This document shows, piece by piece, positions 31,123 through 36,001 of a stretch of 36,001 nt of DNA. The position numbers were made by a program, and so were the translations under genes. How positions within the stretch are numbered: position 1 is the first letter of the stretch; the number at the start of each line of letters is the position of its first letter. The stretch comes from Craspedostauros australis (lineage: Eukaryota): NCBI GenBank assembly GCA_030167865.1, contig JALAGF010005105.1, positions 1 to 36,001 on the forward strand. The letters run 5' to 3'. The notes beneath the pieces are model-generated. The model did not search any database. It worked only from the letters and a program-made list of their open reading frames with translations, and had not been told where the DNA came from.

Positions 31123-32489
31123 GCTATCCCTGTTGCTGTTGGAGGGTGCCGAAAACGGCGCTGGCTCGGGTGCTGCTGTTGGCTTTGCCCCGACGCTCCC
31201 TCGTGTGAAGTGTGTCTGTTGCCAAATTATGAGCGCATGCGACTATTGATTCTGGATGGGTGTGTCCACGAGTGGTCTCATCCCCATCCGGATACAAAAG
31301 ACATCACAAAGAATGCAGAGCAACATCACGGCATCTACTTTTTTAGTCGTGGTTTGCGACAAATCGACGACTTGACCGGAATTGAACGGGAGAGGCTACG
31401 CATTGAGTTTAGAATCTACGCGCTACAAAATGTATGGCAGTGGTTTGAAAGTCTCCCTCGCTTCATCCACCTCATCCACCTTCTCCGCAGAGCTGTTCAG
31501 TCCCCTCATGCTCCATGATGGTTGTGACCAAGGTTTGGACAGCAGAGTTGCGAAGAACTTGCAGATTCTCGTGTGCAGCTGGATTAGCATGCCGCGATCT
31601 CGCGCCCAATTGCTTTTTCTTTCGTTGTGGAGAGACGAAATACGCGGTCCTGACGCCCGCGCTGCTCAATATCGAATAGGGTTGGGTACGGCGTTCGTAT
31701 CACCTCGCTCGACGGTGCCGCTGAAGCTTCCTCCGTTCGTCACAATAGTACATCGATGCGCCGTTCCCGCAGCGTGTGTGCTCATCTCCGGCACACTCTC
31801 CATGATGGTGAACGTCTTCTCGCCACGACGGTGGCAGAATTGCAGAACATACTGTGTTGCAGTGCCCCGGCGTAGCGCGCCCACCCTCTGGTGTACTCAT
31901 TTCCATCGACCGCTCATTCACGTCCACATCAATACCATACCGTTTGCGTCATCCCCGCCCGTGTTCGTGCCGATGCTCATGTTATTTCTCATGGTTGTGT
32001 CCATACTCGCATCCATGCTCGTATCCACATCATTATCATGGCCCCATCCATGCTTGCGCCTGTCGCAAGTATATCTTCACATGCTACATCGTTATCCCAC
32101 CCATTTGTCATTCGTACGTGGATCCTGTCCACATTCACACCATGCCGATGCCATACTCGCACCTGTCATGCGATACTTACATACTCACGGAGTCATTCCC
32201 GCTCTCACTCTCGTTCTCATTCGCGAACTTGCCGTTCGATACGACCACCCATTCAATCTCTTATCGTTTCACTCACATTTAATAGTACATACACATACAC
32301 ATATACGATCATGCACGAGTATTGGTGCATAGAGACGTGACCATACGTGCGTACACCCCGGCAGAGGAACTGATGCGATGACTGGGAGCAGGAGTGATGA
32401 TATACTCTACTCTACCATGTTTTAGTCTCATCGCTCGCTCGCTCATTTATCCGTTCGCCCATCCATCCAGCTATCCATCCATCGCGCCG

Positions 32490-34387
32490 TTAGGCCGCGT
32501 AGAGTACGAGCGTAGGAATTGCCGTGAGGAAAACACAGGCATTCCTCCACCAACGAACCTCCCAAGTGGAGGTTGCTGGCGAATCGTTGTTGGCTCGTGC
32601 TGCGAGGGTGGTGCCGATGGATGGGCTTTCTGATGGTGCGAGGGATGCGTTCACTGCGGACGGAGACGTGGAGGTGTCAGGCGACGAAATTGTTGCATTG
32701 CTCGCTGGGTTGGACGTAGCAGCCACAGTTGGCTTACCTGTCGGGGTTAGGGTCGCGTCTGCCACGCCTGTCGTTGGCCTGATGGTTGGCCGAGATGTGG
32801 GTGTCGCGGTTGGGGTGGAGGTCGGCTTACCTGTCGGAGAGGCTGTTGGGTTGGAAGTTGGGTTCGACGTTGGGATGGAGGTCGGCGCCGATGTCGGCCG
32901 TGATGTAGGCAGCAGCGTTGGCATCGACGTGGGCCGTGAGGTTGGCCGCGATGTTGGAGAAGCTGTTGGATTGCGCGTTGGATTTGAGGTTGGTCTGATT
33001 GTGGGAATGCGCGTGGGCGCTGGCGATGGTGGCAGAATCGCTTTGGGACACGAATCAGTCAACGGCGGTGAGCCTTCCTCCTGCAAAAGGTTGGATGCAT
33101 CATACGAGTGTAGCGAAGTGTGTGAGAGAGAGCGCATGATCGAAACAGTATTGTTGTTGTTGTATGTTGTGGGCGAAGACAACGGTATTGAGGACGGCAT
33201 CGATGTGAGCATGGTACAGCGCACACTCCACGAGCAAGCAGCTGCGAGCCACGAGCAACACGCATGGTGACAGCGGAGCATAATCGAGACGTGTGAAGTG
33301 AAGTGATTCATTCTCAGAGGTCTCCTTCCCAATCAGTCATTCAGTCATCCAATCATACATAAATGCATGTGCCCATGAATGTGTGCATGCATGGAATGTG
33401 ATGTTGGCTTACCAAGCGCACCCAATTGAGATTGATGCTTCTGTCTCGGAATGGGAGATTGTTACAGTCGACGTCGTATGATATGGTGGAGATGCTCTGT
33501 ATCTGCTGCTGCGACGCCGTGATCCCCCGCACAATGAGCTGCAGGCCGCCCGGAACTCTGCTGGAGCCCAATATTAGCGAATCTGAAGCAACGGATTCGT
33601 AGGCAACGCCTTGTCCATTGACCAGCGTGCGCATGATGATGTCTTCCTTGATCTTTGATTGCTGGGCGTCCAACTCCAGGATCTGGATGGAGGTGATCTC
33701 AACCTGCACGAATATACATACACATATACATACACATATACATATACATAGAGTATCGTGGAGTCGAATAAGCATGGTAGAATGGATAGAATGCAATGAT
33801 TGTGGAAGGAATACCAGTACGGCCCAGTGGAGTGGTGTGCAGTACATGCGAGTAGACCAGAGAAGGACGAGTGCGAGCATAAGCGCATGAATGGAATGGC
33901 AAAGCAAGGCTTGGGTGAGCGAGACGCTGTTTCCGGTTGCGACGTAGCCAGCAGGAAACATGAGCACGAGCACTCAGGAAGGCAAGCAGGAAGGCGGGCA
34001 TTCAGACAGACAGGAGAGCAGGAAGAAGGACTGGAAGAAGGACAGGAACGGGATGATTGGGTTGCTTACCGGAACTGCGCCTTGAGAACCAGTTCTGAAG
34101 GACATGCTGCTGCACTGCATGGCGTTGATGCCGTGACTGCCAACGAGACTCTGATCGCAGGTGGAACCAAGGTCGGCGAAGATGTTGATGATGGTGGGCG
34201 TGCACGCGCAGACGTCCTGGCCAACGACCTGCGCTTCGCACGGGGTTTGCGCCACCAGCAGCAGCGAAAGCAGCGCTGGAAGGACGAAGGAATGCGCGCG
34301 CCACGACCGAGCCCACGATGATCGTGATGCCATTGGGCTTCTGCGGTGGGCAGCAGCATTCGCAGCCATGGCCGTCATGCTTGCCAT
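32490..34387 (-). CDS. Secreted or cell-surface protein with a Cys-containing N-terminal domain, PT(S/A)x mucin-like repeats and a hydrophobic C-terminus (possible GPI signal); complement(join(32490..33080,33413..33703,34070..34387)), about 399 aa
   Basis: Signal-like FVLPALLSLLLVAQTPCEA then QDVCACTP. Two phase-0 introns with GTAAGC donors (34069, 33412) and GCAG acceptors (33704, 33081) join three ORF-track fragments in frame. C-terminal NACVFLTAIPTLVLYAA. Confidence 0.82.
32725..33025 (-). repeat. Coding 12-bp-period PTxx repeat array
   Basis: PTRI PTIR PTSN PTRN PTAS PTSR ... about 20 tetrapeptides. Confidence 0.9.
33712..33750. repeat. (TA/CA) compound microsatellite next to the intron acceptor
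   Basis: atatacatacacatatacatacacatatacatatacata directly visible. Confidence 0.85.
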
Positions 34388-36001
34388 GATGATCACTGCG
34401 GAGGCTGGAAGAGCACGAGTATGGTATGATGGTCGCCTTATCGAGCAGCGTCCGCGTGGCTCGGATTATGTATTGTGTATTGTGTATTATGTAGAATATA
34501 ATACTCAAGTAGCTCGGACTTGTGGGAGTCAACGAACGACGATGGGCGGCGTCTTGTGCTGTATTCCGATGTATACGACTAATACTCTGCCACTATGTGA
34601 GTATCGACAGACTTCACTGTGGTCTGTGGCGGCCTCAATGGATTGAAGGAGAGGAGAGGCGTCTTGTGTTGTGTGCTCCGGGTCGCCAAGAGCGAAAACG
34701 GCTTCGGCGGTGACTCTGTGCCTTGTGGTGCTGTTGCGTGTCTCTTCGTTCTGGGCGCTTGTGTGGTTTGTGCCCGAGTTCCCATTGGCGTTGTGGAAGC
34801 GAGAAAAAAGCGGACATTGCGATCACGAAGACAGGTCACAAAAGTTTGCCAGGATTCCGCGCTTAACCCCAGTAGTCGTGCGTGCAGCCATACTTACTTC
34901 GTTGAGTGCCTCGTACCTGCCGTGCGAAGGACTTGCAATCACAATTACCCCGTGGCATTAATTAGCCTTGTCAAAATAGGGTTGGTCTTGTGGTCGAAAC
35001 GAGATCCACACCCTCACGATTGCGATGATACTCGCAGAATGAGCAGATCTGGACAGTGTCCATAACAAGGCAAGGTAAAAGGGATGAAATACGATGCCAT
35101 GTGGTGAAAATAGAACGTTTCTGTAGGTCGGCACCATGAAGGGCGTCGCGCCCACGTGCGATCTCTCAGACATGTGTGTGGTACTTATACATAATATGAT
35201 TATGAATGTTCATGGCATGTGCATGGCATGCAGAACAGGAGCCTTGATTTCTTACCGATCCTGGAGGGAGTACCTATCTTCAGGCACGCCTTGTTGCCTC
35301 GCTCTTGGTTTCTTGGCTCGCGAGGTTGGCGCCAAAAGGGAGGGTATTGGCAGACACGAGTCGTTCATGATTCGACAAAACAGACTGTATATTGAATCTT
35401 GTTCAATTGAGGCATTGTGATTGGCCAAAAAGCAGCGGAACACTGACAACCGGGTCACTTCTGGACATAATTGACTGGTTGATGCAGACGACCCATACGA
35501 CTCCAGGGCACCATTCACAGGAAGGAGACGGGACACGACAGAAATGCGAGTCACCCACGCGACCCCGCAACAGAGACCCGTCGTAACGGTTATAACGGCC
35601 ACACATGGGCCGATCGCTTAAGTAATGACACTTCGAACCATGTGCGACAACGGTCATCTGATGGCAATGCGGAGCTCACAAAATGAACGACTGCGGCGAC
35701 AAAATCGAAACACAAACGAAAATTCGAGAACACGGAATGCACTATCTTGAGTAGCATTACAAACCCGCCAAGAGAGACAGAATCGGATAGTGAAGCAGGA
35801 TCAAGACCCGCTCCGAGCAAATGAGAAACAAAGGAGGCCAAACGCGAAGGATCGAGGAGCCCAAAACAGAAAGAGAGAAGAAGAGAAAGTAAACAACAAA
35901 GCAGAGAAGCGATGGGACAGCGACGATCGAATCACCCACAATTTGGAAAAGACAACAGAATTGTCACACCTCCGCTTCGACGTACGCTTCCTTCAACGCT
36001 T

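Noticed and set aside
31382-32332. 316-aa plus-strand ORF
   Set aside because: Non-ATG start, no motifs, and the 3' half is low-complexity CAT/ATC-rich intergenic-like sequence.
35403-35657. MCGRY peptide resembling the SRAP/HMCES N-terminus
   Set aside because: Only about 65 aa follow and no other SRAP motifs (RYNIAP, WGL, NAR) are present.
35680-36001. Purine-skewed tail that might be the edge of a LINE-like element or another gene
   Set aside because: Stops interrupt the candidate plus-strand frames and no diagnostic motif is visible before the window ends; downstream sequence is needed.

Overview
Eukaryotic nuclear DNA, most consistent with a diatom (probably pennate). The basis is GT-AG introns of about 150-380 bp, microsatellite-rich intergenic DNA and several gene architectures typical of diatoms. 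The window opens with a 20-bp satellite running into a 139-N gap. It then carries about 11 protein genes: MTA/SAH nucleosidase; a fibrillin-like protein; pterin-4a-carbinolamine dehydratase; a degenerate aminopropyltransferase fused to a SET domain; a protein with a putative RNase-H1-N-like module plus five helicase-associated (HA) repeats; a two-exon receptor-type nucleotide cyclase-phosphodiesterase fusion; a membrane-anchored DegT-like PLP enzyme; a type I membrane protein; a two-exon tRNA-dihydrouridine synthase with a CCCH finger; a single-pass Cys-rich protein; and a three-exon PT-repeat surface protein. A frameshifted pseudogene copy of the Cys-rich gene, not recoverable as a single ORF in the track, lies directly downstream of it. 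The most interesting candidate is the secretory pseudo-aminopropyltransferase-SET protein with a poly-Asp insert, about 5 kb from the MTA/SAH nucleosidase, which suggests a role in polyamine or silaffin methylation. All family calls come from motif recognition by eye; no searches were run.
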